Shown: in pieces, positions 16,450-29,775 of the stretch
Position numbering within the stretch: position 1 is the first letter of the stretch
Layout of the letters: each line of letters opens with the position of its first letter
From: Octopus sinensis
Taxonomy: Eukaryota
Length of the DNA: 64,000 nt
Assembly (NCBI RefSeq): GCF_006345805.1
Contig: NW_021833893.1
Span: 62,001-126,000, forward strand
Direction: 5' to 3'
Position numbers and translations under genes: made by a program
Notes under the pieces: model-generated
Told to the model about the DNA's origin: nothing
Databases searched by the model: none
Seen by the model: the letters and a program-made list of their open reading frames with translations, nothing else

Positions 16450-18053
16450 ATTTACAAAAAAAAAAAGAAGGACGAAGACGAGTGTGTAAACAACAAACAG
16501 AAGTATTAGTTTAACGGTCGGGAAGTAAGAAAGTCTTTTATGTTTCGAGCCTACGCTCTTCGGCAGAAAGGAACACAGAAATAAATAGAAAAGGTTTTGT
16601 GGCTAGCGATCTGTAATGGCGAATGCCGGACAGAGGGGTCACACAGGAGAGCTAGGAAGAAGGAGAGATAATAAAGTAATGGTAATCCCATAACGAAGGT
16701 GTGCGTGCGTGTGTATGTGAGAACGTGTATATTCGTGTGGAAGGGAGCTGGTGACCTTGACGCATGCGTATGTGCATGTGTAGGTGTGTGGATGATGGTC
16801 TAGATGCTGGGAAGTGGTCAGTGCTAGTGTGTGCAGGGTGGTGTGATGTGGTATGGTGGTGTGTGGTGTGGTGGTGTGTGGTGTGATGGTGTGGTGTGGT
16901 GTGTGGGTGTGTGTGGGTGTTGGGGAGGTGAGAGTGGGGGAAGCAAGGGATGGGGTGGGAGTGGGATGGGATGTATAGGGATGGTGGGGTTGAAATTGTG
17001 TAGGGGTTGGGTAACGAGGGAAGGGTGACGATGAAGTGAGAGGGTAGAAGGGAGAAGGTGGGTAAGAGTGAAGAGAGGAAGTAGGTGTCAGAGCAAGAGA
17101 GGAGAGGTGGGTGGGAGGAAGTAGGTTTGAGAGGAAGAGTGAAGAAAGGAGGAGGGTTAGATGGAGAAGGAGGAGAGTTGAGCCCATGTGACGCAAAGGA
17201 GCGAAGAGAGAAGATTAATCCCTGCTCACGGCGAAGACGGGAGTCCGGATGGCCCCTGTGCAGGGACAATCCGAACACAGACAGGTGTTGTAAAGAATGA
17301 CCGAAAGAGCGAAAATGGCGCGAGATCGGTGTGTCGTTGCCGAGTCTGATATCTTGGAGGTGTTCCGCGAACCGGTCAGCCAAGCGGCGTCCCGTTTGAC
17401 CGATGTATTAAGAAGGACAGAGGGACCAGGAAACGCAGTAGAAGATGTTGCTAGAAATGCAGGTGAAGGAGTCAGTGATATGATAGGGTCGATGGTGGGT
17501 GCCTGTGAGGAGGGTAGTGTTGGAGAAATAAGGGCAAATGCGGCAGCGTGGGCAGGAGCAAGGGAACGAGCCGGGTTGGGAGGTTGGGAGGTTGGGTTAG
17601 GGAAGAAGCTCTGGACTAAGAGGTCTCGTAGGTTGTGGGCCCGTTTGAAGGAGGGGAGGGGTTGCTTAGGGAAGATATGCGAGGAATTGGGAATAGGAGA
17701 TGGAGAGCTTGGTGTGTTTAGGGTGGGAGGAAGGAAAGTTGAGGTATGAGCGTGTGTCTGTGTATTTGTAGGAGACGGAGGTGGTGAGAGTTAGGTGATG
17801 AATGCTGACCGAAATATCGAGAAAGGCGACTGAGGTGTCGGAAATAGTGCAGAAGTGGAGGGCAGGATGGAAAGATTTGACAAAAGAGAGGAAAGAATCT
17901 AGATGTTCGCAGGCAGCTGAATTACATCCCTTCAACGATATAGGCCACCAAGTGGCGTGATAGCGGATACCTAGATATTCCAGTGTTTGGCGTTTTCTCT
18001 GTCTCTTTTGCCAATTTGGTACACACAACGAGTACCAGCTCATTTCTGCCTAC
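16450..18053 (-). mobile_element. 5'-truncated Penelope-like element (RT thumb + GIY-YIG + 3' terminal region)
   Basis: FLSFVKSFHPALHF...VAFLDISV...SYLNFPSSHP; YIGQTGRRLADRFAEHLQDI...PISRHF...RLRREQGLIFSLRSFASHGLN. Confidence 0.88.
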
Positions 18054-18950
18054 TGTCACGAACCATGTTCGTTACCGTCATTCTAACGATGTCTGCCTAA
18101 GCCGATTTCTTGTCATCGTTGTCACTACGAATTCATTACAGTAAGTGCCAACCGGGAACCGGATATGTTTTCTAATGTACACATATTTCTGTTACTTTCA
18201 TAATCTTCTCCGCGACCAAGAAGCTTTTACTGGTCATTCAAAGAGACCCAAGACACGAGGACATCCGATTTCTAACAACATGTAAAAGCAGTGTTTGCAC
18301 TATCCTTTCTATTAAATTTTAATTGTTATGGTAAAATAATGTTCATCTTTTTCTACACACCCGTCAAGCTAAAAGTGGTAACCCCCGACATAAGAAGACT
18401 CATCCACTGATGATAGTTACTTTGGCTTTCAGAGATGATATACAACACGTAACTGATAATCCTCGTATTCAAACGATGTTCGAAATCCATTGTCTTCCAC
18501 GTGCTCGTTGCCTCCACATACACAAATTCTTTCCGGAACGTTCCTGTTAACATTAGCTGTATAGAAATGTTTTTCGAGTCGTCTCCGTTTTTTTCCCGTT
18601 TTCACTTGATGTCTAGTCTCATTGGACAGTACAACTTTGGTGCCTAAATTCGCTTTGTTTCCCGCTCACGGTGACAGTATTTTTATCGGCATTCTCTACA
18701 GTTTTCCAGCAAGATGAATCCTTCTACTTTACTGGCGTTCATTGGAGATGTTGAATTGTGGTTTGCCCAGGTCGAACCTCATTTACTTGTCACCAATATT
18801 CAGTCAGCCCAGCAGCAACTCCATATTTTGCACAGCGCTCTTCCTTCTGCACTAACTGCGAATTTAAGACTTAATCACTTATACGTCACCAGACGCTACC
18901 TACTCGTTCATTAAAATGCAGCTCAATGACGAACATATAAAATCCAGTTG
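18054..18950 (+). mobile_element. Gypsy 5' LTR, PBS and gag N-terminus
   Basis: Starts TGTCACG; PBS-like TGGTAACCCCCGAC at 18376-18389; gag motif GDVELWFAQVEPH (18714-18914). Confidence 0.7.
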
Positions 18951-19014
18951 CCGAGTTTCTCTTGGAGAGTACTTGTCCGACTTTCATGATAAAGCAAACG
19001 TTAGAAGTTTATAA

Positions 19015-19878
19015 TCAGTGAAAATTGGGAATTCTCGGCCCTCGAGAAAATGACAGAAATATTTCATAGCGAGGAAAATGGCTAATAGCTCCCTGCCAAA
19101 CGTGCTGTAACGAGGAATCAGTGGACTTGAGCTGTCGAGAGGAGAATGTCAAAGCTTGCTTCCTATCTTGGTAATATTGTTGAAGAACAGCACCAACTGC
19201 AGTATCAGATGCATCAACAGAGAGAGGCGGACGAGCGCTTTCATCTGGATAAGCGAGCAGAGACAAGTTTCCTAATTCATCTTTCATTGATTGAAAAGCT
19301 TGCAATGCGACAGTGTATGGAAGATAACCTCATCTTTTTTCTTTTCCTCATCTATAAAATCTGTGCTAAAGGAATTCATTTTTCAGCACGATTTAGAATA
19401 AACCTGCGGTAAAAATTTACCAATCCTAAAATATGGTGAAACTGTCGCAGCGAAGTTGGAGAAGCTAAACTCTGCATAGCTTGGATTTTCTCATGAATCG
19501 GTTGAATGCCGTTGCTGTCTATTAGATGTCCCAAAATTCCAAAGAGGAGGAGCCGAAAACACACTTAGGATGATTCATTTTCATCCGGTACGTACTTAAA
19601 CACTGAAAGAGCAGTGCTAAGTGCTGGAATGTTCTTCAGGAGTAGAACTAGCGATTAGCAGGTCATCTATATATGCAAACAAAATGCAACCCAAGCGTCA
19701 CTTCATCCATGAATCTCTGGAACATACTAGCCGCATTTCTAAGTCCGAAAAGCATGGGTAGGAATTCGAAGGACCCGAATAAAGTGACGATAGCAGTCTT
19801 CGGTATATCGTCCAGGTTGACAAGAATCTGATGATAAGCCCTTACTAGGTCTATCTTTGAAAATACTGTGCAGCAATA
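19015..19878 (-). mobile_element. Gypsy pol fragment (RT-RNase H)
   Basis: FSKIDLVRAYHQI...DIPKTAIVTLFG...FGLRNAASMFQRFMD; LGHLIDSNGI; LGLVNFYRRFI; VDASDTAVGAVLQQ. Confidence 0.92.
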
Positions 19879-20510
19879 CAACAGGATGGCGACCACCAGC
19901 CAGGCAACACTCACTTCTGAAGGGATCTCTTCTACCCTTACCTGGAAGCACGTCTGCTCAGGTAAACGGGTAGAAGTACGGCCACGTCTGTTTTGAGGAA
20001 AGTTACGGAAAGCTGCTTGGTTAAATCTTCCGTCGCAAACTGCACCTCCACCGTTGCGTATCTTCTGCCTCTGGCAAGGTACTTTACTTCCTGCCAGATT
20101 GGTCGTAACGCCTTTTCTACTTGAGCCATAGTTGCAATTTCGATTCTCTGCAATTTCAGGCAGTACGTCCTGTATATCATTGTTCTCTCCATTACTCGCT
20201 TAGTAGTCTCTCTGGGAGGGGACACCTTTACATCATTCCTCTCCCTCTAGCATTATCTTGAATTTTTCCAGTTCTTTTCTCTCAATACACACATCTTCAT
20301 TTTTTCTTTTGCTGCCTCTGAAATTCTTCTTCCCTTCCATTGCCTCGTCAATAGTCTTCAATCTCTTCAACAATTCCTTTTCAGATGATATCAACTATCA
20401 TATTTCCTCTACGTATCACGTTTCCCCCTTCAAACAAGAGGAAAAGGCGTCAACAACGCTGCCACAAGCAGCAAAACAAAGTATCGCTAGACACAAAACA
20501 ATTAGAACAA
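19879..20510 (-). mobile_element. Tx1/L1-like ORF1 5' fragment
   Basis: VLLPVYLSRRASRVRVEEIPSEVSVAWL aligns by eye with LFLSTYCGRKIRRAWVCGLPPGTEAGWI of the ORF1 at 33469. Confidence 0.55.
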
Positions 20511-20539
20511 CAGTATTACCAATAATAATTTAACTCACA

Positions 20540-22440
20540 CTTTAACTCAATGAAAAACCTCCAGCTCCTGAAAACATATAGCGCGTCGAAAGGACAAGAC
20601 AGCAGCTAACTCTAATAAATAAATACGAACTACAAGATAGGTTGCATGGAGTTAATGCATTTAAAACGAGTTTATTATATACTAGGGTTGAATTTATTAG
20701 TTTGAAATTTATATACAAGTTAGCTATTATTAATAATTTAGATCGAAAAAATTTAAAACTTGAAAGGTATTTATACCTACAAAATATTAGTGCTTCAGAG
20801 ATCTTATTTAGTAGGAGTTTCCTATTAGTGCGAAGGATATTAATAGATTCTTTTGTGCATAACTTACAGATGTTTGAATTCGTATCATATGTGGTTATTT
20901 CAGTTATTATTACCCAATCTAATTTATATCCAATATTTTGTTGTTTCAATTGGTTTACATATATAGATAGTACAGTTGAATTCACAGTTTTAGGATTTTT
21001 AAAAGAATTTACGTGTCCTCGATATCTCGTCTTAAAATCAACTGAAATTCCTATATAAATTTTCTTAGATTCACTGGAGTTAGCAATCTCACATTTATAT
21101 ACAAAATTTTCCCTTAAACAGGAACCTTTTAAGGGGCAGCCTTCAGAGGAACGACAATTACAAATTTTCTTTATAGGTTTCGATTTATTGCTTCTATTTT
21201 CTATTACTGTTTCAGTATTCATATTCTCTAAACTAGGTTTGGTAAGGTATGTTTACCATGAATTATTTTAAACCTTATGTTTGTTATTAGCTGCAATAAT
21301 AGAACCCAAATTTGGTGCTGATGAATATAATTTTAAAAATAGGGTGATATTTATGGTCTTTAAGAAAGTTTTTTTTCAATTATCTTGAAAAAACTTTTGG
21401 GAAGGTTTCTAATTTGAAGAGAGAAAGGTGGGGGTGAACCATAAGATTTCCCTTTTTCTAGAGGTAATCTTGTTAACTTGTCTATATACTGCTGCATTAT
21501 TTCTATAATTATAACTAAAGGGCCTGTGAGAACTTCTATATCTGTGGCGAGATTGTTCATCAATAGAATTTTGCCATATCTGGGAGTAGTTTATCTAATT
21601 TATTTTTAAGTATTGTGTTTGGTATGTAATAAATATTCTTATCAAAACCGCTATTCTTCAGCGCAGTATTATACAGGGGTGCGTGATTACTAGATATTCG
21701 TTCGTTAGTGGATAAATTTGATATTCAAATAGAGCCCCTTTTAATTTTCCCGTTTATAACACTTGGTGAGTAATTTGATAGGCAATTAATATATTTTATC
21801 ATTTTATTCGGTTTATGATAAGGGTAATATGACCCATTAATTAAATTTAGAGTAACGTCTAAAAAATTTACTTGTTTTGCCTATATTTTCAAATATTATA
21901 TCCAATTTACACCCATTGAAGAATTTTATTAAAGCTGTTTTTGTTGTATCTTCAGTTTGCAGAGGGGGACCAGACATGGCAAACAATGCTTCGTACCTAT
22001 ATAAGCTACCTTTAATGTAAGGGAATTTCTCATAAATTTTGGGAAGTAAGAATAATCCCTCTAAGTCAGTAATCTGAGCGGAATCTGAAGATCCCCTTGT
22101 TACGTCCAAATCGTCCTGGAGGTCATTGCGCGTCCAATCCTTATTCCTAAAAGATATTAGGGTCTTTCTAGCAGTCATTATTACATCTCTTTCTAATGAG
22201 GAAATATTCTTAAAGTTTTGAGTAAAAGTTATAGCCTTATCCAAGAGATCAGGTGATATGGATTGGTAATAATTGCTGATGTCAAATTATAAAAAATAGG
22301 TTCTGTTTTTATTGTCTAAGGAACAAAATCAAGTGATGACATCACATGTACTGTTCCACAATGGTAAATTTACATCATCCTTAGCATATGGGAGAATTTT
22401 ATCTATAATAAATTTACTAATCTTACATAGGTTGGACTTG
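20540..22440 (-). mobile_element. Penelope-like element, decayed RT + GIY-YIG
   Basis: FDISNYYQSI, DVTRGSSDSAQITDLEGLFLL (RT); CNCRSSEGCPLKGSCLRENFVYKCEI...KIYIGISVDFKTRYRGH...CKLCTKE (GIY-YIG, ORF 20542-21222). Confidence 0.9.
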
Positions 22441-22994
22441 GTTGGACATAATCAAATTTTATATTTTCGTTATATATTCATGTATATTTTAATATATTCA
22501 TATGTATTTATATGTATATTTTTATGCATTTGTGTATTTTTATGTAATCTTGTACACGCATATATAATTTTTACGGTTTTATGAGATTGGCCCCAAGTAT
22601 TCGATATTATAAAGGGAAACTGTTTATCGATTATTTGAATTTTGTGTCTTCCTATAGCTCATATTCTGAGCATTACATGGTGGTTTTATATACAGAATTA
22701 TTTCCTTTATTCTTTCCTTGCATTTGTGTGTGTGTATTTTATTTTTGTATTTGGCGTGTAAGACATCTGAATACATGTGTTGTAAGAAATTCGTTGTATC
22801 TCGAGAAGGCCATTATGTCAATAATAAACGCACGCACTGGTTCTATTTCACTTCTATTATTATTAATGAATTAGTTCATATTTGACCAGTTAAGTAATCG
22901 ATCATCTGATTAATCATTCTGTCTATCAATCTGCTAAATCTGTTAATATTCTTGCGTCGCTATTCGCAACCTCATCAATGACATACCCTCTCTA

Positions 22995-23330
22995 CTTCAT
23001 GTATGTATGTATGTATGTATGTATGTATGTATGTATGTATGTATGTATGTATGTATGTATGTATGCATGTATGTACGTATGTACGTACGTATATATGTAT
23101 GTACGTATGTATGTACGTACGTACATACGTGTGTATGTATGTATGTATGTATGTACCTACGTACGTATATATGTATGTACGTATGTATGTACGTACGTAC
23201 ATACGTGTGTATGTATGTATGTATGCATGTTGTATGTATGTACGTATGTATATATGTATGTACGTATGTATGTACGTACGTACATACGTAAGTATGTATG
23301 TATATATGGATGGATGGATGGATGGATGGA
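22995..23330. repeat. Compound (ATGT)n/(ACGT)/(GGAT)n microsatellite
   Basis: Read directly; one of many simple-repeat tracts in the window. Confidence 0.95.
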
Positions 23331-24245
23331 TATTGTTAAAGTGAGAGGAGAGAGATAAAAGATGAACTAGATATAAAATATCTGGCTCGGTTCATTTTGT
23401 CATTTCCAGAAATTTCATTGCCTTGTAATAATTACATTACATAGCACCTTAGATTTGATTTGTTTCGAATTCTGCAAGCCAATTAATCATTGTAGCACAA
23501 ACGAACCTCCCATGTTTGTGTAATGTATCCAAAGCTTGTCAGGTAGATGAACAGAACTCAACTTTTTCCGAGTTATACTTTGGGAGGGAATTTTAGTAGA
23601 GAATGATGCAATTCAGAAGTACTAAATTGGCAGCATTGGGTTGTTGAGGAATGTTTTGTAGTTAACACAGAGGTCTTTGCTGCTAGATACAAAGCCAGAA
23701 ACCTTCGGGTAGAAATTCGGAATTTTCCTCTTTGATTCTGAGTAGAGTGGAATTTAAACTAGTTTCGCTCTTGAATTATGAGCGATGTAAGTTAAAGAAT
23801 CATAGTTTCTAACAAGTATCAAATTCTGGAAACGAAGCAGCTGAGCGGGAATCCTATATAATGACACAAGACATTTCGGTCTCTTTTCTATCAAACACAA
23901 GGACACTTTTCAAAATAAAGTAAAAAAAAAAACAATAAAAAAAACATGATCTCTGTATGTTATGGTTTATATTTCATGGGTTCAGGAAAAACAAGTTTGA
24001 CTTCAACAAATTTGAAAACAGAAAATTGTGAAATGTCTCCCAGCACCAATAAAGCTTCTTTGGTGTAGCTTAATTTCCATGAATTTGTTCGTTTTTCATT
24101 GGAGGAAAACTGTTTTAAGTATGTGTCATATATTTGTTATTGCTCTTTGTTCCATCTCCCTCAGATTTAGTTGCTGAAAAGATTCTTGTAAAAACATACA
24201 CAAAAAACAAAAAAAAAACAAAAACAAAAAAACAATAACGACCTG

Positions 24246-24305
<60 letters not shown>

Positions 24306-24376
24306 GATTATTATTATTGTTTATGTTGATGTTGTTAATGCTCTTGTTATTATTTGTCACAGCAGCATCAATAGTT

Positions 24377-24439
<63 letters not shown>

Positions 24440-25079
24440 GTAGTAGTAGTACAACCACACCCTGAGTGACACTCATTTGCTTTAAACTACTTCTGGTTAT
24501 TGTGTCGTTATTTTGAAATATTATGTAAGCAATTATTGATATCATACTGTTTGGTCATTTAATTAACTTATTTATATTTCTTCGTTTTTTATTGTTTTTC
24601 TAGAAGGTGCGTGAGTGTGTGTGTATGTGTGTGTGTGTATGTGTTTCACTGTCTGTCTGTCTGTTTGTCTGTCTGATTGTCTGACTGCTTCTATGTATGT
24701 ATGTATGTATGTATGTATGTATGTATCTATTTATTTATCTATCTATTTGTCAGCTTAACTAATGTTTCATGGTTGAAATTGTGGATGAAACTGTCTTGTG
24801 AAATATGTCTTCAACGCACGAAATAGGGCACATTTTGTTTATTTAAGAAATTTATGGTTTATATTTGTTTTATATGTGTGAATATGTGTATGTAATGAAT
24901 AATGGATGAAATCAGATATTAGAGAAACAATAATTCATAGGTTTGTTAAAACGATTGAATACAAACGCGCGCGCGCACACACACACACATATACATGCAT
25001 ACGTACATCCATACAAATATAATACATGTATGCATGCTTGTATGTATGCATATATGTGTATACGTATATATTTATACAT

Positions 25080-25125
<46 letters not shown>

Positions 25126-25139
25126 CAGAAGCAGCAGTA

Positions 25140-25223
25140 TGACTCAAGGGCCGAGAGTTTCGTGTGTTGGCATTTATAACTGTTGATAAGTATTAACACA
25201 CGAAACTTTCGGCCCTTGAGTCA
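25140..25223. repeat. 84-bp hairpin with 29-bp arms (1 mismatch)
   Basis: TGACTCAAGGGCCGAGAGTTTCGTGTGTT / AACACACGAAACTTTCGGCCCTTGAGTCA. Confidence 0.9.
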
Positions 25224-25778
25224 CGTTAATTCTTTGTTAAATAATATACATATACTCATGCTTTGAGTTCCATTTTACCTGTTTGCACCACACAAACACA
25301 CACACACACACACACACTCATACACACACATACACAAAATACATATATATCACACACACACACACGCACATATATATATGTATATGTATTAAGGCTTCAC
25401 TTCCACACGCACCAGCTTAATTTAATTCGTCCTTCGTCGAAAGACATCTGTTGTTTATGTCCTGTTATTTGCATTTGTATTTGTGTACCATTTCTCCGTT
25501 TTTTTTTTTTCGTCCTTGTTTCCGTATACATTCGCTGCTTTTTTCCAAGGAATCTAGTGCTCTTGGCTTTGTTTTCCTTTGGGACTGGCCAAATTGGAGC
25601 AATCTCGAGTATAACCAGCCGAAATAGCAACGACAATCTGGAACTCGGCTTAGGAAAGAAAACTGCGAATGACTTGTCCTTGTCTTTTCTTGTCCTTCTT
25701 TTGTATTATTTGTCTGGATGTTTTGCGTTCTTGACTAATTTTTTGTATTCCTTTATACATACACACGCACACACACAC

Positions 25779-25866
<88 letters not shown>

Positions 25867-25869
<3 letters not shown>

Positions 25870-26437
25870 AATGGAGTTTAACGCAGGTGTAATTCAAATA
25901 CTTTTCCTTTCGACACATGTTTCGAAGATTTCACTGATATTATTCCAAAGGAAGAAAATGGTGTAAAACAATGTAATCTTCTCTTCAGGGAAGTGAAGAA
26001 ATGAAACTCGTCAATAAGACATTTAACAGAAAATTATGGATATATATATAGTGATTAACTGAACGCTATTAATATTGTTTGCAAAAGCGTTATATGATAT
26101 AACATCAGAGTTAGCCTATAGAAAGAGGAGGGATAAATTAAAGAAAAGCTAAATAAATGAGAAGTATATGACTATATGTATATTAAATAAAACCTTATAT
26201 ACTAGGAAAATATATATTTTTAGTGAATGTGAAATATAAAAAGAAAATTAATGTTTAAATTATATATAATGATAGAGATCACTTATACGAACTAAAGGTG
26301 TGATTTTACTAATGTAGAGAAGAGAAGATTACATTGTTTTACACCATTTATTCCTTTGGAATAATATCAGTGATATCTTCAAAACATGTGTCGGAAGTAA
26401 AACTATTTGAATTACACCTGCGTTAAACTCCATTTAT
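25867..26437. mobile_element. Foldback element whose ~120-bp arms contain hammerhead motifs (PLE-derived?)
   Basis: Arms 25867-25988 and about 26320-26437 are inverted copies; see the ncRNA call at 25905-25996. Confidence 0.75.
25905..25996 (-). ncRNA. Type I hammerhead ribozyme motif
   Basis: ACUUCC-CUGAAGA-GAAGAUU[long loop]AAUCUUC-GAAA-C-AUGU-GUC-GAAAGG. Intact core, 7-bp stem II, GUC triplet; stem I pairs 4 of 6 here, while the other arm supplies the perfect partner GGAAGU. Confidence 0.7.
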
Positions 26438-26594
26438 TTATTTATATAGTATACAAAAAATTTCACGTAAACCCGAAGTTTCTACCTTTAAAAACAAGGA
26501 GTTACAACCTTTTTACTTGTGTGATTTTTTGCTACTCTGGTAACTATTTATCTATTTTTTCCGTGGTAATTTTTAACCAGGGAAAAATACACAC

Positions 26595-27093
<499 letters not shown>

Positions 27094-27496
27094 TTCGGGA
27101 TAATCGTCTTTGCCAAATAAACACGCTCTATATACTTTTTCTTCACCCGTTTATTACTGCTCTTATTTTGTTATTTTGACTCATGTTCATCTTCCGGAAA
27201 TCTTTCGTCTTTCATCTGTGACCTCTTCAGTGACACTTTTCGTTTTCGTGTGTGTTTTTGTTCCATTTTCTCCATTCTATTCTTCTAAGATGTGTATCCT
27301 TATGTGCGCATGCGTTTGTATGTGCGCGCTTGTGCATGTGTGTTTATGTGCGTATGTATGCTTGTGTGTGTGTCATAGTTTTTAGCAGCAGTCTGGCCTT
27401 TCTCTCAGCCCCTTCCTCTCACCCCATTATGCTGCTGCTGTCCCGTGGCCCGGGAACAAAATTTGCTTAGGGGGTGCAAACTCAGTTCCAAAATTT

Positions 27497-28155
27497 GGCA
27501 CTACTGGAGAAGTGTGGATCCGAGTTCTGGGAGTGTGCATGTCACAAAATTGTGCATGCGAGCGCGTCAGTCGTAAGTAGTCGATTTTAGCACACAGGTA
27601 AACAACGAGACGCGCGCTACTTGCTGTAAATGGAGGGTGGGTTATCCATCTAATACAAGAAGAAAATTGCAGATAAATTGAATAAAAACATGAAAAATAA
27701 CAAAATGATATTTCATTGAAAAGTAAACCATTCTGAAAGATAGTTCAGAATGTTTTCAAAACATTCATCTCCAGCTTTTCCCATATTTTATTAAGGGTTA
27801 GGGTTTAAGGTTTTTTTTTGTTTTTATGACCGGGCCAAACGCTTTAGTTTGATCGTTTAGGGTTAGGGGAGATGAATGTTTTTTCCAGTATTTAATGATT
27901 ATTTTTCACTTTTATATTCAATTTATCTGCAATTTTCTTTTTGTATTACATGGATAACCCCGCTCCATTTACAAGTAGCGCGTGTCCGTGCGCCTCGTTG
28001 TTTTCCTCTGTGTTAAAATTAACTAGTAGCACACATCCGCGCGTCTCGTCGTTTGCCTTGTGAGCTAAAATCGACTACTTACAACTAACGCACGCGCACG
28101 CGCAAATTTGTGACATGCGCATTCTCAGAACTCAGGTCCACACTTCTGTAGTACC
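27497..28155. mobile_element. MITE with about 250-bp TIRs, possibly Merlin-like
   Basis: Ends GGCACTAC / revcomp GGTACTAC; exact 8-bp TSD CAAAATTT (27489-27496, 28156-28163); TTAGGG-like repeats in the centre. Confidence 0.8.
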
Positions 28156-28780
28156 CAAAATTTTTACAAACAAGGCGAAGTTTTCTAATTTGGGTATCAA
28201 AACAAATAAATGTTCAATAATAATAACTAGAAAATTAAGACAATATCGGCCAGATGTTGACCGCTGAGTATGAACACATATTATATGTATATACATACAC
28301 AGGCATAAAGAGTGAGATAGAGAAAGATTTTGAATTTCTGTTGAATGCAACATGGCGGATGATTAAAAAGGGCAGATACAAGAAAGAAAAAAGAATGAAG
28401 TAAAGGACCACGTTTAAGGCCACTGAATTGTAACGAAAGAACTCTGGTCGAACAAAAACCTGAAAAACAAATAGTGACCATCAAATAAATAGTGCTTGTG
28501 TTTTTATTGGCAAAACCAGCAAGATGACCTCCCATCCAATATGTTTCAAAAGACGATAGGCCATACTAGAGCATCGTCTTTTATTTGAACAAATCAATGC
28601 CAGGAATTATTCTTTGGAAGCTTTGTATTTATTCTATCGCCTCTCTTTCCGAACCGCAAAGTTACGGGGGCATAATCGCATCAACATTAGTTATCAAGCG
28701 TTGGTGGGGTGACATACAGACACACAAATACATACATTCGTATGTCTATGTGTGTGTGTATGTGTGCTTGCATATGTACC

Positions 28781-28855
<75 letters not shown>

Positions 28856-29134
28856 CTTTCGTCACACTTGTTCTGTGACCTGATCAGTGTCTTTCGCTTT
28901 CCTCCTTGTGTTGCCTCTTTCTAATGATCCGCCTTGCGATTTGACTTCGATTTTTATCAATGTCAGCCCCAAGTGGGCAGATTCAGAAATCTATAATACA
29001 CACACACGCATATATATATATACACTGTAAAGTGGTTAGCGTTAGGAAGGGCACCTAGTCACGAAAACCTTGCCAAACTAGATGGGAGCTGGTAGCCCTT
29101 GGATTAATGTATATATATGTGCGTGCTTGTATCA

Positions 29135-29205
<71 letters not shown>

Positions 29206-29272
29206 CGATAAAACCATATAACTGGAGGAGAGCTTACTCTACAGGTAGAGTAGTGGGTAAATATAAATAGAC

Positions 29273-29453
29273 ATCGTAACGATACCAGCTACCAAATTGT
29301 TTCACAGCGAATTGGGGCCTCGAGTGACCTTAGTAAAGTAATTGGGGAGAATCCCGAGCTGATTATCCGCTGCGATCTCCCCAATGACTTTACTAGGGTC
29401 ACCCGGGACCCCAGTTTGCCGTGAAACCATTTGGTAGCTGGTATCGCTACGAT
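29273..29453. repeat. 181-bp hairpin (78-bp arms, 10 mismatches)
   Basis: ATCGTAACGATACCAGCTACCAAAT...GGGGAGA is mirrored by TCTCCCC...TTGGTAGCTGGTATCGCTACGAT. Confidence 0.88.
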
Positions 29454-29613
29454 TTTTTATTTTTTTTTATTTCATCTAGTTTCAGCTCACGAGCTGTGGC
29501 CATGCTGGGGCACCGCCATTTTAAAAAAAGTTGCCAGCAGACTGTTATGGCATTCAACCCATACAGCTCAGATACTGGCTGAGTACTTTACCATTAAGCT
29601 AAATGACCCACGA

Positions 29614-29662
<49 letters not shown>

Positions 29663-29715
29663 GTATTTTATAAAGAGGCCAAATTTAGTCATTTCTTCGA
29701 AGATTGAAAAAAAGA

Positions 29716-29775
29716 TGAACAACCTTAATCGATTTTCGAACCTTATCGGGTTCTCATCAGAGGCGTAGTGGTTCA
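29716..29775 (-). ncRNA. Minimal type I hammerhead ribozyme with palindromic stem III
   Basis: UGAAC-CACUAC-GCCU-CUGAUGA-GAACC[CGAUAA]GGUUC-GAAA-AUCGAU-UA-AGGU-U-GUUCA. Stem III palindrome AAUCGAUU, UUA triplet. Confidence 0.8.

Noticed and set aside
16525-16570. Hammerhead at the 3' end of the 16.4-18.0 kb PLE (CCGAAGA...GAAACAUA, minus)
   Set aside because: U4 missing and stems I and III do not pair in this copy; at best a relic.
19663-19914. Single RT ORF with a novel N-terminus
   Set aside because: Fusion at about 19878 between a Tx1-like ORF1 fragment and Gypsy RT.
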